38,620 nucleotides of DNA from Candidatus Moranbacteria bacterium GW2011_GWE1_49_15 (GTDB lineage Bacteria; Patescibacteriota; Minisyncoccia; Moranbacterales; GWC2-37-73). Positions within the stretch are counted from its first letter, which is position 1. Each line of letters opens with the position of its first letter. The DNA is taken from contig LCPX01000002.1 of NCBI GenBank assembly GCA_001003855.1, forward strand, positions 1 to 38,620, written 5' to 3'. The position numbers were made by a program, and so were the translations under genes. Shown here in pieces: positions 1-10,072 of this stretch. Under the pieces are notes generated by a model. That model saw only the letters and a program-made list of their open reading frames with translations. It searched no databases and was not told the DNA's origin.

Positions 1-685
1 CCGAACCGCATGTGGAAGATCTGGGAAAATTCCTGATCAGGATGGGAGCGAAAATAAAAGGACTCGGAACGCACACTTTGGAAATCGAAGGAACCAGGAG
101 ACTTAAGGGAACCAAGCATGAAATAATCCCGGACGCCAACGAGGCCGCCACTTTCCTCATTATGGGGGTCGCGACCAGAAGCCCGATCGTCGTGAAGAAC
201 GCGCAAGAGGATGCTTTGGATTTGGTTTTGGAAAAACTCCGCGAAATGGGAGCGGAATTCTTAGTCAGGGAAAACGAAATAGAAGTGGTTCCGACCAAAA
301 AGATTAAAGCTCTTTCTAAGATCGATGCGCGGATATATCCCGGAATCCCGACGGACGACCAGGCGCTTTTCGGAGTTTTGGCGACGCAGGCCGAAGGGGA
401 GACTTTGGTTTTCGACACGATGTCGCGGAAATCGAAAAGATGGGCGCAACCGTGAAGGTTCTCAACCCCCACCAGGCCGTCTTTTCCGGGCCGACCCCGC
501 TGCGGGGTGAAACGATCACGAGCTATGACCTTCGCGCCGGAGCCTCGCTGATTTTGGCCGCGCTGTTGGCGAAAGGGCAATCCGTCATCAAGGAGATTTA
601 CCAGGTGGACAGGGGTTATGAAAAAATAGAAGAGAGACTGCAGAAACTGGGAGCGGATATCCAGAGGGTTCCGGAAGGCGAGTAG
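1..685 (+). pseudogene. murA: UDP-N-acetylglucosamine 1-carboxyvinyltransferase, C-terminal part, 5'-truncated by the window and split by a frameshift near 420-423 (pseudogene or assembly error)
   Basis: ORF 12..455 has MurA motifs (IIPDANEAATF, YPGIPTDDQ). ORF 440..685 in another frame continues with DLRAGA and DRGYEKIEERLQKLGA. The FExRF segment is missing at the junction. Confidence 0.85.
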
Positions 686-719
686 GAAATTTATAATTCC
701 TAACAGTAAGCAATGGATT

Positions 720-1166
720 ATGGAAAAAGAATTCAAAATCGGAAAGGATTGCATAGGGGTAGGTTGTGGTGCTTTGATTTTCAATAAGAAAAATGAGGTG
801 CTTCTCATGAAAAGAAGCAAGAATGCCAAAAACCAAGCGGGATGGTGGTCGCAGCCCGGAGGGGCTGTCGATTTCAATGAAAAAGCCGTCGTTGCGACGA
901 AAAGGGAAATCAAGGAGGAGTTGGGAATCGAGATAGATATATGGGCGCAAGTCCCGCACATAGACCATGTCCTTAAAAAAGAAAACCAGCATTGGATGGC
1001 CATTCCTTTTTTAGCGAAAATTAAAAAAGGAGTTCCGAAGATTATGGAGCTTGAAAAATGCGACGAAATAGGGTGGTTTTCCCTGAAAAAACTTCCCAGG
1101 AAATTGTCCCAGACTACCAGGGAAACGATCGGAAGTTATTTGAAGAAAAGATATATAAAACTGTAA
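720..1166 (+). CDS. NUDIX hydrolase
   Basis: Nudix box GGAVDFNEKAVVATKREIKEELG. Confidence 0.9.
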   Translation: MEKEFKIGKDCIGVGCGALIFNKKNEVLLMKRSKNAKNQAGWWSQPGGAVDFNEKAVVATKREIKEELGIEIDIWAQVPHIDHVLKKENQHWMAIPFLAKIKKGVPKIMELEKCDEIGWFSLKKLPRKLSQTTRETIGSYLKKRYIKL

Positions 1167-1191
1167 ATTATTTTTTGAATTTTATTAAAGT

Positions 1192-2199
1192 ATGTTCATA
1201 CGAAAGATGGGAATAGACTTGGGGACGGCGAACACGTTGGTGTTCGTTCCGGGAAGGGGGATCGTGATCAACGAGCCTTCGGTGGTGGCCATTTCGATGA
1301 TAGACAATACCGTTTTGGCGGTGGGGAACGAAGCCAAAGAGATGCTTGGAAGGACACCTGACACGATCGTGGCGTCGCGTCCCATGAAGGACGGGGTTAT
1401 CGCCGATTACCGGGTGACCGAAGCGATGCTCCGCTATTTCATCAACAAGGTGAGCGGCAAAGTCAGGTTTTTCAGGCCCGAAATCATGCTTTCGATCCCG
1501 GCCGGGGTGACTTCGACCGAGAGAAGGGCCGTCGTCGACGCCGCGGTGAAAGCCGGGGCCAAATCGGCCTATGTCGTGAAGGAGCCTCTTCTCGCGGCCA
1601 TCGGTGCGGGAATACCGATCCACAACGCCCAGGGAAACATGATAGTCAACATCGGAGGAGGAACTTCCGAGATAGCCGTGATTTCGCTGGGAGGCGTGGT
1701 CGTCGCGCACAGCGCCCGCGTCGGGGGAAACAAATTCGACCAGGCGATTTCGGATTACATCAAAAGGAAATACGGCTTGGCCGTGGGGGACAGGACGGCT
1801 GAGGAAATCAAGATTGAGATCGGCAGCGCCATCGCCCAGGTCAAGGAGGAACATATGGATATCAGGGGGCGCGACCTGATGGGAGGTCTTCCGAAGACGG
1901 TGAAAATTTCTTCCAATGAAGTGACGGAAGCGTTGCAGGACGAGCTTCGCGAGGTCATCAACGCCATCAAGAAAGTTTTCCAAGAGACCCCCCCGGAATT
2001 GGCGGCTGACATCATGGACAAAGGGATGGTTCTTTCAGGCGGAGGGGCGCTGCTTCGCAATCTCGACCAGCTCATCACCAAGACCATCGGGGTGCCTTGT
2101 TACGTGGCGGACGATCCGCTCTTTTGCGTGATCAAGGGCACGGGAATTTCCCTGGAAAACCTGGATCTCTACAAAAGGACGATAATGCTTTCCAAATAA
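1192..2199 (+). CDS. mreB: Rod shape-determining protein MreB/Mbl
   Basis: GIDLGTANT, INEPSVVA, RPMKDGVIAD, NIGGGTSE and SGGGALL actin-like motifs. Confidence 0.96.
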   Translation: MFIRKMGIDLGTANTLVFVPGRGIVINEPSVVAISMIDNTVLAVGNEAKEMLGRTPDTIVASRPMKDGVIADYRVTEAMLRYFINKVSGKVRFFRPEIMLSIPAGVTSTERRAVVDAAVKAGAKSAYVVKEPLLAAIGAGIPIHNAQGNMIVNIGGGTSEIAVISLGGVVVAHSARVGGNKFDQAISDYIKRKYGLAVGDRTAEEIKIEIGSAIAQVKEEHMDIRGRDLMGGLPKTVKISSNEVTEALQDELREVINAIKKVFQETPPELAADIMDKGMVLSGGGALLRNLDQLITKTIGVPCYVADDPLFCVIKGTGISLENLDLYKRTIMLSK

Positions 2200-2251
2200 T
2201 TCCGGCGATTCCATCGAATCGACAAAATCCAATAAAGAAAAAGAAAAAAAC

Positions 2252-3352
2252 ATGAAAATAGGAATCGACGGTTCAAGAGCTTTCATAAAAAGACGCACGG
2301 GAATAGAGGAATATTCTTACCAGGTTATTAAGCATCTGCGCCCTTGGCTCAAGGAGGACGAGGTCTCTTTGTATGTCCGCCATAACCAGGAAGTCGATTT
2401 CGATTTGCCGGACAACTGGAAAGTCAAAAAATTATGGCTCCCATATTTCTCCAGCCAGCTCCGTTTCTCTTTGGAATTGCTGCTCCATCCTTGCGATGCT
2501 TTTTTCGTACCCGCGCACACCGTGCCCCCGATCCATCCGAAAAATACGACGGTGGTCGTGCACGGTCTCGAATACGAATTCCATCCGAAAGCTTATTCCC
2601 GATGGGCGAGGTTTTATATGCGGACGGTGATCAAGAATTCCTGCAAATGGGCGAGCAGGGTCGTTTGCGTTTCGGAAAACACCAAAAGGGACGTGATGAG
2701 ACTCTACGGAACTTCCCAGGAAAAGATAAGGGTGATTTATGAGGGTTATTCCGGAAAGACCGCGGGGCACTCGGAAGCCGGCATACTCGGACATGTTGAG
2801 AAGGAAAAATGCGATATCGGGGCCCCATACTTCCTTTTTATTGGCAGGATCGAAGAAAGGAAGAACGTGAAGGGGATCGTGGAGGCGTTCGATATCGTCA
2901 AGGAGAAATACGGAGTGGCTCACAAGCTGGTCCTTGCAGGAAAGCCCGGTTACGGATATGGGGAGATAAAAGAGAGGATCGGAATTTCCAAATTCAAAAA
3001 TGATATCGTGGAAATGGGATATGTGAGCGATGAGGAGAAATGGGAGATCCTCCGGTGCGCGGACGTTTTCGTTTTCCCGACTTTCTATGAAGGATTCGGA
3101 CTTCCTATCTTGGAAGCACAGAACGCTTTCGTCCCGGTGGTGACTTCCAAGGTCTCGTCAGTCCCGGAAGTGGCGGGGGACGCGGCGCTTTATGCCGATC
3201 CGAAAGACCATCGATCCATAGCCGAGAATATGTATGTTTTGATAAGCAACAGAAACGCCAAAGAGGATATTGTCAGAAGAGGTTTCGAGAACGTTAAAAG
3301 GTTCAGCTGGGCCGATTGCGCCAAAGAGATCGCAGGGGTGTTGCGCGGTTAG
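2252..3352 (+). CDS. GT4 family glycosyltransferase
   Basis: TGIEEY at the N-terminus, FIGRIEERKN, FPTFYEGFGLPILEA. Confidence 0.92.
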   Translation: MKIGIDGSRAFIKRRTGIEEYSYQVIKHLRPWLKEDEVSLYVRHNQEVDFDLPDNWKVKKLWLPYFSSQLRFSLELLLHPCDAFFVPAHTVPPIHPKNTTVVVHGLEYEFHPKAYSRWARFYMRTVIKNSCKWASRVVCVSENTKRDVMRLYGTSQEKIRVIYEGYSGKTAGHSEAGILGHVEKEKCDIGAPYFLFIGRIEERKNVKGIVEAFDIVKEKYGVAHKLVLAGKPGYGYGEIKERIGISKFKNDIVEMGYVSDEEKWEILRCADVFVFPTFYEGFGLPILEAQNAFVPVVTSKVSSVPEVAGDAALYADPKDHRSIAENMYVLISNRNAKEDIVRRGFENVKRFSWADCAKEIAGVLRG

Positions 3353-3382
3353 ATTTTCGAAATCCTAAGGCGTAAAAATAAT

Positions 3383-4522
3383 ATGGAGAAAAAAAACAAT
3401 TCGGAAAAACGGAACTTTGAAGATCTGCGCGTGGCCTTGGTGCATGATTTCTTGGTGCAACGCGGAGGAGCGGAAAAGGTGCTGGAAGGAATTTCGGAAA
3501 TTTTTCCCGAGGCTCCCGTCTACACCCTTTTGTATGATAAGGAAAAGATGAGGGGAATGTTTGAGGACAGGGATATAAGGCCGTCCTATCTGCAGAAATT
3601 ACCGGCCTTTTTAAGAAAGAGGTATCGATGGTTGTTGCCTTTTTTGCCGGTCATCCCCGAGACGTGGGATCTTCGCGATTTCGACCTCATCATATCCTCT
3701 TCCGGAGCCTGGTCCAAAGGGATCATAACCAAACTTGATACGAAACATGTGGCTTATGTGCATTCCCCGATGCGTTTCGTTTGGGATTACAACGAAAGAT
3801 ATCTTAGGGAAAAAAAGATCAGAAGCTCTGTTTTCAAGCGCCTGATTTTCAGTTATCTGCGGATCTGGGACCGTTTGGCGGCGGATAGGCCGGACCATCT
3901 CATCGCTAATTCCGAACATACCAAAAAGCAAATTGAAAAGTATTACAGAAGGGAGAGCGCGGTGATATATCCGCCGGTGGAATTCAAGTCGGTCGCCGAT
4001 GACGGATCCTTGGAAAAAATAAAGGATTATTTCCTCGTGGTTTCCAGGCTTTCTGGATATAAAAAGACGGACATCGTCGTCGAAGCTTTCAACAAGTTGG
4101 GATTGCCGCTCATCGTCATAGGCGAGGGGGAACAGGAAGGGTATTTGCGTAAAATATCCCAAAGCAACGTGAAGATCTTGGGATGGAAAAGCGACGAGGA
4201 TCTGGCGCGATATTACGCGAAGGCCCGGGCGCTGATCTTCGCTTCGGAGGACGATTTCGGTATAGTCCCGGTCGAAGCCATGGGACACGGCGTTCCGGTG
4301 GTGGCCCTGCGCAAAGGAGGAGTTTTGGAAACCGTGACCGAGGGGTTCAGCGGGGAATTTTTCGACGCTCCGACGCCAGAAGTGCTCGCAGACGGAGTCA
4401 GGCGCTTTTTGGAAAAGGAAAAGATATATGACAGGGGGGATATAAGAAAGGCGGCCCAGAGGTTTTCAAAGGAAAGGTTTAAAAAAGAATTCGAAGAGTT
4501 TATAAGATCATGCGGAGTATGA
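3383..4522 (+). CDS. GT4 family glycosyltransferase (WbaZ-like mannosyltransferase type)
   Basis: HDFLVQRGGAEKV, YVHSPMRFVWD, EDFGIVPVEAM-like motif (EDDFGIVPVEAM). Confidence 0.92.
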   Translation: MEKKNNSEKRNFEDLRVALVHDFLVQRGGAEKVLEGISEIFPEAPVYTLLYDKEKMRGMFEDRDIRPSYLQKLPAFLRKRYRWLLPFLPVIPETWDLRDFDLIISSSGAWSKGIITKLDTKHVAYVHSPMRFVWDYNERYLREKKIRSSVFKRLIFSYLRIWDRLAADRPDHLIANSEHTKKQIEKYYRRESAVIYPPVEFKSVADDGSLEKIKDYFLVVSRLSGYKKTDIVVEAFNKLGLPLIVIGEGEQEGYLRKISQSNVKILGWKSDEDLARYYAKARALIFASEDDFGIVPVEAMGHGVPVVALRKGGVLETVTEGFSGEFFDAPTPEVLADGVRRFLEKEKIYDRGDIRKAAQRFSKERFKKEFEEFIRSCGV

Positions 4523-5424
4523 ATTTCATAGGCAATAAAAAAGCCGTTAGTTTCATAGAAAAGACGCTTGAAAAGGGGGGCGCGAGCCAAGCCTATCTTT
4601 TTTCCGGACCGGAGGGGGTCGGGAAACTTTTTTTGGCTAAAGCTTTCGCCAAAAGTCTCATTAGTGGAGGTTCGTTGCCTGATTTCGAATCCGGGGATGT
4701 GGAAAAACTCCCGGTGGATCTTATTTTACTCAAACCCGAAATAGAAGAGAAGAAGGGAATAAGGAAAGAGAGGGATATCGCAGTGGAAAGGATCAGGGAT
4801 GCCAAGAAGGACCTGTCCCTCTACCCTTACAGCGGCAAGATGAAGGTCCTGATCGTCGACAACGCGCACAGGATGAACGTAGCTTCCCAGAACGCTTTTT
4901 TGAAATTATTGGAAGAGCCGAATTCCACGTCGGTGATCATCCTGGTCACCCATGAATATTCCAAGATGCTCCCGACGATCCGATCGCGATGTCAAAAGGT
5001 CGGTTTCGGATTGGTCGGACCGGAGGACATGGGGACGGCCGCGGATTTTTTGGGTGGTGATTTCGTCTCCCGATACGCTGAAGCGGCGATGGGCAGGCCC
5101 GGTCTCCTTTTTCGGATGTCGACGAACCAGGAAGAGCTGGCGCTTTACAGGGATGCTTCCGAAGAATTGGCGCAGATGTCGTCCGCCGATCTCAACCGCA
5201 AGTTTTCATTCGCCGAAAAAATGTCCAAGGATGTGGACGGTGCCATAAAGACTTTGAACATGTGGTCCTGGATGATCAGGAAAAAGGCGCTTGCGGAAAA
5301 TGGAGCCGACTTGGATTCTTCCTATGGGAACATCTCCAAGATAGAGGAGACCGTATCCGCGCTCAAGAACACGAACGCCAACGCCAGGTTGGTCCTGGAA
5401 AACCTGCTTATCAATATCCGATAA
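4519..5424 (+). CDS. holB: DNA polymerase III subunit delta-prime
   Basis: AYLFSGPEGVGK, QNAFLKLLEEP, LPTIRSRCQ; ATG at 4519 overlaps the upstream stop. Confidence 0.88.
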   Translation: MNFIGNKKAVSFIEKTLEKGGASQAYLFSGPEGVGKLFLAKAFAKSLISGGSLPDFESGDVEKLPVDLILLKPEIEEKKGIRKERDIAVERIRDAKKDLSLYPYSGKMKVLIVDNAHRMNVASQNAFLKLLEEPNSTSVIILVTHEYSKMLPTIRSRCQKVGFGLVGPEDMGTAADFLGGDFVSRYAEAAMGRPGLLFRMSTNQEELALYRDASEELAQMSSADLNRKFSFAEKMSKDVDGAIKTLNMWSWMIRKKALAENGADLDSSYGNISKIEETVSALKNTNANARLVLENLLINIR

Positions 5425-5431
5425 ACAAAAA

Positions 5432-6358
5432 ATGCTGTCTTTCAAGAAAAACATAAAAAGAAAAGAGGTAGAATACAAAAAGCTCCGCTCGATTTCGAAA
5501 AAGGAGGAGAATTTCAAGGCGCTGGAAAAAGCTTACAGGGTCTTTTATTATATGCTTGTCTTTCTTTTCGCGGCCGTAGCTGTATACGTGATGTTTTTCT
5601 CGCCTTTTATGGCCGTCAGTGCCGTTGAGATAACCGGCCTGGAGGATCTCGATCGTTCCAAAGTTTCTTCGGCCGCCAAGGATGTCTATGGCGGGGCATA
5701 TTTGAAATTGATCCCCAAAAACAATTTCCTATTGTTTCCTCGCAAAGCCGTTTCCAAAAAATTGCAGGAGGAGTTCAAAAGGATAAGGAGCGTGGAAATT
5801 TCAAGGTCATTCCCTGACAAGGTGGAGATAAAAATTACCGAAAGGAAAGCGCTGCTCCTTTGGTGTTCCATCGGTGAGGAATGTTTTATTGTCGACGAGA
5901 ACGGTTATGCTTACAATCGGGTCAGGCTGGACTCGAAGGAAGCTTTGGAGAATAATCTGGTGAAAATAATCAGCGAAGAGGAGACAGGGATTTCCGAGGG
6001 CGACAGGATTTTCGATGCGGAAAAGGTCATTTTCCTACTTGGCGCCAAAGAGCTTTTTAGGGAAAAAACAGGTTTGGAATTTGAGGGCGATATGCGTATC
6101 AAATCCAAGATAGCCGAGGAAGTGGTCTTGAAGAGTCGTGACGGTTGGGGTCTCCATGTGAGCATGACCTTGCCTCTGGAAAAAGCGGCCCAAACCCTCA
6201 AGCTTTTTTTGGAAAAGGAAATGGATACCCAAAATATGTCCAAATTGGAATACATAGATCTTCGGGTGGAAAACAGGATTTATTACAAGTTCAAGAAAGA
6301 GGAGGAGAAAGAAGGTGAGGCCGCGAACGGAGAGGAAGGTAAGGATGATAAGGACTGA
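5432..6358 (+). CDS. ftsQ: FtsQ/DivIB-like cell division protein
   Basis: Single N-terminal TM, POTRA-like VEITG...FPDKVEIKITER, C-terminal YIDLR. Confidence 0.75.
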   Translation: MLSFKKNIKRKEVEYKKLRSISKKEENFKALEKAYRVFYYMLVFLFAAVAVYVMFFSPFMAVSAVEITGLEDLDRSKVSSAAKDVYGGAYLKLIPKNNFLLFPRKAVSKKLQEEFKRIRSVEISRSFPDKVEIKITERKALLLWCSIGEECFIVDENGYAYNRVRLDSKEALENNLVKIISEEETGISEGDRIFDAEKVIFLLGAKELFREKTGLEFEGDMRIKSKIAEEVVLKSRDGWGLHVSMTLPLEKAAQTLKLFLEKEMDTQNMSKLEYIDLRVENRIYYKFKKEEEKEGEAANGEEGKDDKD

Positions 6359-6397
6359 CATGTACGTGGCATATTACGTAACCGGTGAAAGGGAAAT

Positions 6398-6433
6398 AAA
6401 AAAACAGCCTCGGTCGTGCCGGGCTGTTTTTTT
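6398..6433. terminator. Bidirectional intrinsic terminator
   Basis: A7-CAGCC...GGCTG-T7 hairpin between convergent genes. Confidence 0.8.
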
Positions 6434-6445
6434 GTCGCGTAAGAC

Positions 6446-8287
6446 CTATTCGATATCGGTCACGTGGTAGATGAGTATCGAGGCGCCGATCATGTCGACC
6501 GGTTCGTATTCGAGGGTCCAGCGGTAGCTGTCCTCGGCGGTTTTGGTTTCGCTATAGATGCTGCCTTGCATGTAGTTCGTCGAAAGCGCGTACCAGCCGT
6601 TTTCTATCGGGCGCTTGCTGTCCCACCAAAGGATCGCTTTATCCTCACCGACGGTGCGGAAGATGTCTCCGCCGCCGAAATAATCCACCCGGATCTTGTC
6701 TATTTCCGGATGTTCGTCCAGGTATTTCCTGAGTCTTTTGAGGTCCTGTCCCCAGTCGGTGTTGGAATCGGTGACGTAGTGGTAGCCGTTTTTTGGTCCG
6801 CCGACGGTTTCATTGAAGTATGACGTGAAGGACGGGTAGGCGAAGGCGGTGGTGGCTATCTGCCAGGCGAGCAGAATTCCTATGATGATGGCGAAAACAT
6901 GCCTGGTCTTGAGATGGCTTTCACTGAGGAACTCAAAAACCTTTTTAGTTATCAGGATATAGGCGAAAGGCAGGATGGGGAAAAGATGGCGGAATCCGAT
7001 GTTGAGTCCTCCTTTGATGGAAAGGAAGGCGTAGAGGATTATGAAACCGAACAGTGTGTATCCCACGAGCGATTTCCTGAAGAAGTCGGCCAATTTCTCC
7101 CTAGTTCTGCCGAAATTAAGTTTCGCGTAGGAGAGTGTCTGGGCTGTTTGCTTGGCTGTGTAACCCAAGGAAAAAATCGCGAGCAATAAGAATGGAAGAG
7201 TTTCTTTTATAAGAAAGACCACCGGGAAATACCAGGTGAAGCCGTTGCCGACTTGGCCCAAAAAGTACGCTCCGTTTCCTCCGGACACGCGTTTGAAGAC
7301 CCAGGCCGGTCCGAGCAGATAGGCGCTCCAGGGGCGGGTGAGGTCGGATTCGTTCAGGGCGTGGAGAGTTTTGTTGGTGTAGATTGTTTTCGGGTTGCCG
7401 TCTTCGGCCGAGAAGAAGAATTCTATGGTCTTGGCCAGGGTTTCCTTGGGCATCTCGAAAGTATTGGCTTGGTAGACGACCCATACGACAGCGGCGGCGA
7501 CAATGAAAGCCGCCAAGGATTTCAAGGAATATTTCAGCAGGCTCATGACCCTATCCGTCCAAGCGGTGACTGCGGAAGCGGTATTGTTCCTGACCAGGGC
7601 ATAGACGAACATTATCGCGCCGAAAACCGGAAGAGCCACGATCGAGGAGAATTTGCTGACCAAAAGAAGTCCCATGAAGATTCCACCCAGGGCGACGTTT
7701 TTCCAGGAGGGCGTTTTGAGGAATTTGAGGAAATAATAAAAGGCGAAAGTGAGGAAAGCGGCGATGCCGATGTCGGTGGTGACGAAATGGTTGTGCCCCA
7801 GGATGTTCGGGTCGAAGGCATAGAGCGTAAGGGCGAAAAGTCCGGCTAGGGGACCGGCGATTTCCTTGCCCCATCTGAAGAGGAAAAGCCCCAGAAGCAC
7901 CGAGAGGATGACTATGGGTAGGCGCGACCAGAAGATTATCTTGTCAGGATCGTTTCCTGCTCCGTAGAGAAGGTGTCGCCCGGCCGCCCATTGCCCTTCG
8001 TCCCAGAGGTTCGGCAATTCGCCGGTCCAGAATTTCTCGGAAGTGTCGAAGTTGAGGTCCATAAAGACGAGTGGAAGCGCGGAAAGGTCTTTTATGAGCG
8101 GGGGATGCTCGGGATTGAGGCGCGTGTCATGCTGGGTCAGGTATGAATAGCCGGCGGGAATGTGCGCGACTTCATCGAACGTCGCGCTGTCATTGTTCGC
8201 GTTGAGCGCGGAAACCACGAAAAACAGCGACAGGATCGCGAAAGCGATCTTTTTATAATGCCGCTCCAGGAAGTCTTGGATTTTCAT
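6446..8287 (-). CDS. GT-C fold membrane glycosyltransferase (ArnT/PMT-like)
   Basis: SATFDEVAHIPAG, NPEHPPLIK, many TM helices, DSNTDWGQDL. Confidence 0.85.
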   Translation of the reverse strand: MKIQDFLERHYKKIAFAILSLFFVVSALNANNDSATFDEVAHIPAGYSYLTQHDTRLNPEHPPLIKDLSALPLVFMDLNFDTSEKFWTGELPNLWDEGQWAAGRHLLYGAGNDPDKIIFWSRLPIVILSVLLGLFLFRWGKEIAGPLAGLFALTLYAFDPNILGHNHFVTTDIGIAAFLTFAFYYFLKFLKTPSWKNVALGGIFMGLLLVSKFSSIVALPVFGAIMFVYALVRNNTASAVTAWTDRVMSLLKYSLKSLAAFIVAAAVVWVVYQANTFEMPKETLAKTIEFFFSAEDGNPKTIYTNKTLHALNESDLTRPWSAYLLGPAWVFKRVSGGNGAYFLGQVGNGFTWYFPVVFLIKETLPFLLLAIFSLGYTAKQTAQTLSYAKLNFGRTREKLADFFRKSLVGYTLFGFIILYAFLSIKGGLNIGFRHLFPILPFAYILITKKVFEFLSESHLKTRHVFAIIIGILLAWQIATTAFAYPSFTSYFNETVGGPKNGYHYVTDSNTDWGQDLKRLRKYLDEHPEIDKIRVDYFGGGDIFRTVGEDKAILWWDSKRPIENGWYALSTNYMQGSIYSETKTAEDSYRWTLEYEPVDMIGASILIYHVTDIE

Positions 8288-8317
8288 TTTGAGTATGTTT
8301 AATTTTTTATATTTATC

Positions 8318-9874
8318 CTATTGTTTGAGTTCCCACATCTTGTCATCAGGAAAATTCTTATATTCGGTGACGGTCAGGTCGGGGAATTGCGACCTCACTC
8401 TTCCTATGAGATGGCTGTCAGTCAGCAGGATCACGAAATCTCCTTGGGGCTGAAGCGAGTCCAGTTCCCCCGGATAGACGTAATGCGTGTCCGGCAGGTC
8501 AGGGTTGAGGAATTTCACCGGTATCCTTTCCATACTTTCCGCAATCACGTATTTTTGGGTGCCAGCCGGATAGGTTCGCAGGCGGTATGCCATATCTTTG
8601 AGATTGGCATTGAAAGACTCGTGTTGTTTCTGGTTGTTTTTGAAGAAGACGAAATATTTCAAAGTGTTGAATGTCGCGATGAAAATGAACGCGCCGGCCA
8701 GGACCGACAATATCACGACCCTTAGGGAATAGCCGTGTTTGGGGATTTTGCCCATTATCCAGAGGAAAGGGATGGTCGCGAAAATCATGACCACCGGCAA
8801 TGTTCCGATCGCGCGCAGGGCGTGCGGTAGTCCTTCCGCGGTCAAAAATTCCGGGGCCAGCATGGCGAAAAACCAAGCCAGGAGGAAAAAATAAAGATAA
8901 AGCTTTTCATCGTGGACATCATGTCTAAATCTGAGCCAAAGCAGGTGGAAGGCCTTGGCGATCACATATAAAAATCCTGCCAGGAAAGTTATGCCCACGA
9001 TGGGATCAAGTATCGGATAGGGAGGATAGTTGTGCCGCCAGTTCTGGTCGCCCCAGAAATTGTATTTGACCAGACTGAGGACGAAGCTCCTCGCTATGGT
9101 CGGGACGAGCTTGCCCTGGTTCATTTCAGGAGCGAACACCGAGATGGAGGCGGATCTGGATTCCAGATATTCCGGATGCGTATAGAATTCGTAGATCATC
9201 GGGGAAAGCGTTATCAGGGTGGCGGCCCCGAAGACGATTATCTGTTTCCAGAAATTCCTGATGAAATGTTTCTGGGTGATCAGCATGAAAACAAAAAGTG
9301 CTCCGACTATGGCCGGGGCGATGCGGAAAGCGATATAGGTGTGGAAGCCCAGACCGAAAATGAGTCCGGAAAAAATGAAAGGGGAATATTTTTTGCTGCG
9401 AAATCCCTTGAGAAGGAAATAGAAGGAGAATGAAAGGATAAGCGGCACCATGATCGCGCGGAAGCCTATCCTGGAGAAATTAATCGCCCAAAAAGAAAAG
9501 GCTGTCAGGTACGCGCTGATTAGTCCCGCCCTGGCGCTGCGGAAAATCTCCTTTGATAGAAGGAAGACGCCGAAGACCGTGAGCGTTCCGATGAGGATGG
9601 ACGCCAGTTTGAGCGAAAGTACGCTCGGACCCATGAGTTTGATGAAAAAAGCTTGGATGTTTATGAACAAACCTTCGCGTCCGTTGTTGTCGGGATAGAA
9701 AAGTTGGTAATTTCCGGTTTCTATGGCGCGCAGGGCATCCATTCCGTTGACGGCTTCATCGGGATAAATTCCCGAAGGGATGTTTTCGATGTCTGCGAAC
9801 CTCAGGAAAAACGCCGCTGCGATGATGGCGAGCAGCATGAGCACGTTAAGAAAGCATTTTTGTTTTTGTTTCAT
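8318..9874 (-). CDS. GT-C fold membrane glycosyltransferase (ArnT/PMT-like)
   Basis: PSGIYPDEAVNG, FSRIGFRA, many TM helices. Confidence 0.85.
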   Translation of the reverse strand: MKQKQKCFLNVLMLLAIIAAAFFLRFADIENIPSGIYPDEAVNGMDALRAIETGNYQLFYPDNNGREGLFINIQAFFIKLMGPSVLSLKLASILIGTLTVFGVFLLSKEIFRSARAGLISAYLTAFSFWAINFSRIGFRAIMVPLILSFSFYFLLKGFRSKKYSPFIFSGLIFGLGFHTYIAFRIAPAIVGALFVFMLITQKHFIRNFWKQIIVFGAATLITLSPMIYEFYTHPEYLESRSASISVFAPEMNQGKLVPTIARSFVLSLVKYNFWGDQNWRHNYPPYPILDPIVGITFLAGFLYVIAKAFHLLWLRFRHDVHDEKLYLYFFLLAWFFAMLAPEFLTAEGLPHALRAIGTLPVVMIFATIPFLWIMGKIPKHGYSLRVVILSVLAGAFIFIATFNTLKYFVFFKNNQKQHESFNANLKDMAYRLRTYPAGTQKYVIAESMERIPVKFLNPDLPDTHYVYPGELDSLQPQGDFVILLTDSHLIGRVRSQFPDLTVTEYKNFPDDKMWELKQ

Positions 9875-10026
9875 TTTTTTTAGTTATTTTTGATTTCAGA
9901 AAAGGCTCCGTTCAACCGACAAAGGGCGGATGACGGTCCGATTTCCGTTTTCATTATATCATCCGATAGGCGTTTTTAAAAGAAGCGTCGCGCGCGTGCG
10001 GATTCTTAGCGCCTTTGGATTTTTTA

Positions 10027-10035
10027 TGGTATAAT
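10027..10035 (+). promoter_or_regulatory. Extended -10 promoter
   Basis: TGGTATAAT about 40 nt upstream of ATG 10073. Confidence 0.5.
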
Positions 10036-10072
10036 TTTGACAAACGTCATTTCGTGTAAAACAAAAAAACGC

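Noticed and set aside
405-455. Programmed -1 frameshift in murA
   Set aside because: Conserved residues are missing altogether, so frameshifting could not restore a full protein.
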